Below are positions 63,814 to 64,000 of a stretch of DNA of 64,000 nucleotides, in pieces; position 1 is the stretch's first letter, and each line of letters opens with the position of its first letter. Origin of the DNA: Minisyncoccota bacterium (GTDB lineage Bacteria > Patescibacteriota > Minisyncoccia > 2-02-FULL-40-12 > GWA2-44-9). Both the position numbers and the translations under genes were made by a program. Under the pieces are notes generated by a model. The model saw only the letters and a program-made list of their open reading frames with translations, searched no databases and had not been told where the DNA came from. The stretch spans positions 405,168-469,167 of the forward strand of contig CP129474.1 in assembly GCA_030583765.1 (NCBI GenBank), read 5' to 3'.

Positions 63814-64000
63814 CCGCAGATGAAGAACTTTGATCGCGATCGCGACGAGGTACTTGCACGCGCAAAAGAAGATGGAGTGCGCATGGTGTGCGTTGGCGTT
63901 GATTTGGATTCTTCACAGGCTGCAATTGAGCTTGCGGCGGCACATGATCATGTTTGGGCTTCGGTGGGTCTTCATCCTAACGACAACCTTGCTGAGGTGT
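63784..64000 (+). CDS. tatD: TatD-family metal-dependent hydrolase, N-terminal part (continues beyond the window)
   Basis: MQYLFDTHAHPQ...GVRMVCVGVDLDSS; DTHAH is the TatD signature. It was not in the ORF track because it is truncated. Confidence 0.7.
   Translation, partial: MQYLFDTHAHPQMKNFDRDRDEVLARAKEDGVRMVCVGVDLDSSQAAIELAAAHDHVWASVGLHPNDNLAEV

Overview
This 64 kb window looks like a small-genome bacterial chromosome segment of about 55% GC, possibly a CPR/Patescibacteria-like lineage. It uses the standard code: TGA is a stop codon (comM stop at 7804-7806).

Housekeeping genes:
- partial tyrosine recombinase at the left edge
- rpsO-pnp with an NYN-domain gene between them
- nfo, tsaE-polA-DUF3048-holA-like, and a processive GT2 synthase
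- recG, a short infB, ligA, gatCA, an M16 peptidase, an AI-2E transporter, rsmI, metG, and a partial tatD at the right edge

Accessory content is dense:
1. Two arrays (about 260 bp and 235 bp) of about 15 copies each of the palindromic heptamer GTGWCAC (GGTGWCACC in its 9-bp form), spaced at about 10-11 bp. They bracket a TraR/DksA-like zinc-finger gene plus comM.
2. A 7-gene minus-strand operon (20.9-32.6 kb) encoding a sortase and six secreted proteins that share a roughly 75-aa Cys-bracketed Ig-like repeat with a GG[ST]GxYxW core, in about 14 copies. Three of the proteins are giants (881, 925 and 1345 aa) with (PT)n linkers, DUF11-like domains and a non-canonical C-terminal sorting signal (xVxTG[PI]A[ED] + TM + basic tail).
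3. A tRNA cluster (Arg-CCG, Leu-UAA, Cys-GCA) containing a free-standing HNH endonuclease gene whose 3' end overlaps tRNA-Leu.
4. A second tRNA locus holding tRNA-Ser(GCU), a perfect 17-bp palindrome, a Ser-like type-II tRNA whose anticodon reads ACU, and a 23-bp copy of a tRNA 3' end (att-like).
5. A 1.2 kb island of much higher GC (about 66%) with GC3-skewed codon usage, encoding a secreted RG-rich protein and a membrane protein, with its own promoter and terminator.
6. A complete competence/type IV pilus locus: comFC, pilMNO, pilB, pilT, pilC, two tandem pilin paralogs, pilD, and four minor pilins including a 409-aa (PT)n-repeat pilin.
7. Two consensus sigma70-type promoters with no protein gene behind them, at 56.7-57.5 kb. 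One drives a roughly 230-nt terminator-flanked candidate ncRNA. The other drives a roughly 420-nt non-coding leader ending in tRNA-His.

No CRISPR array, rRNA or transposase was recognised.
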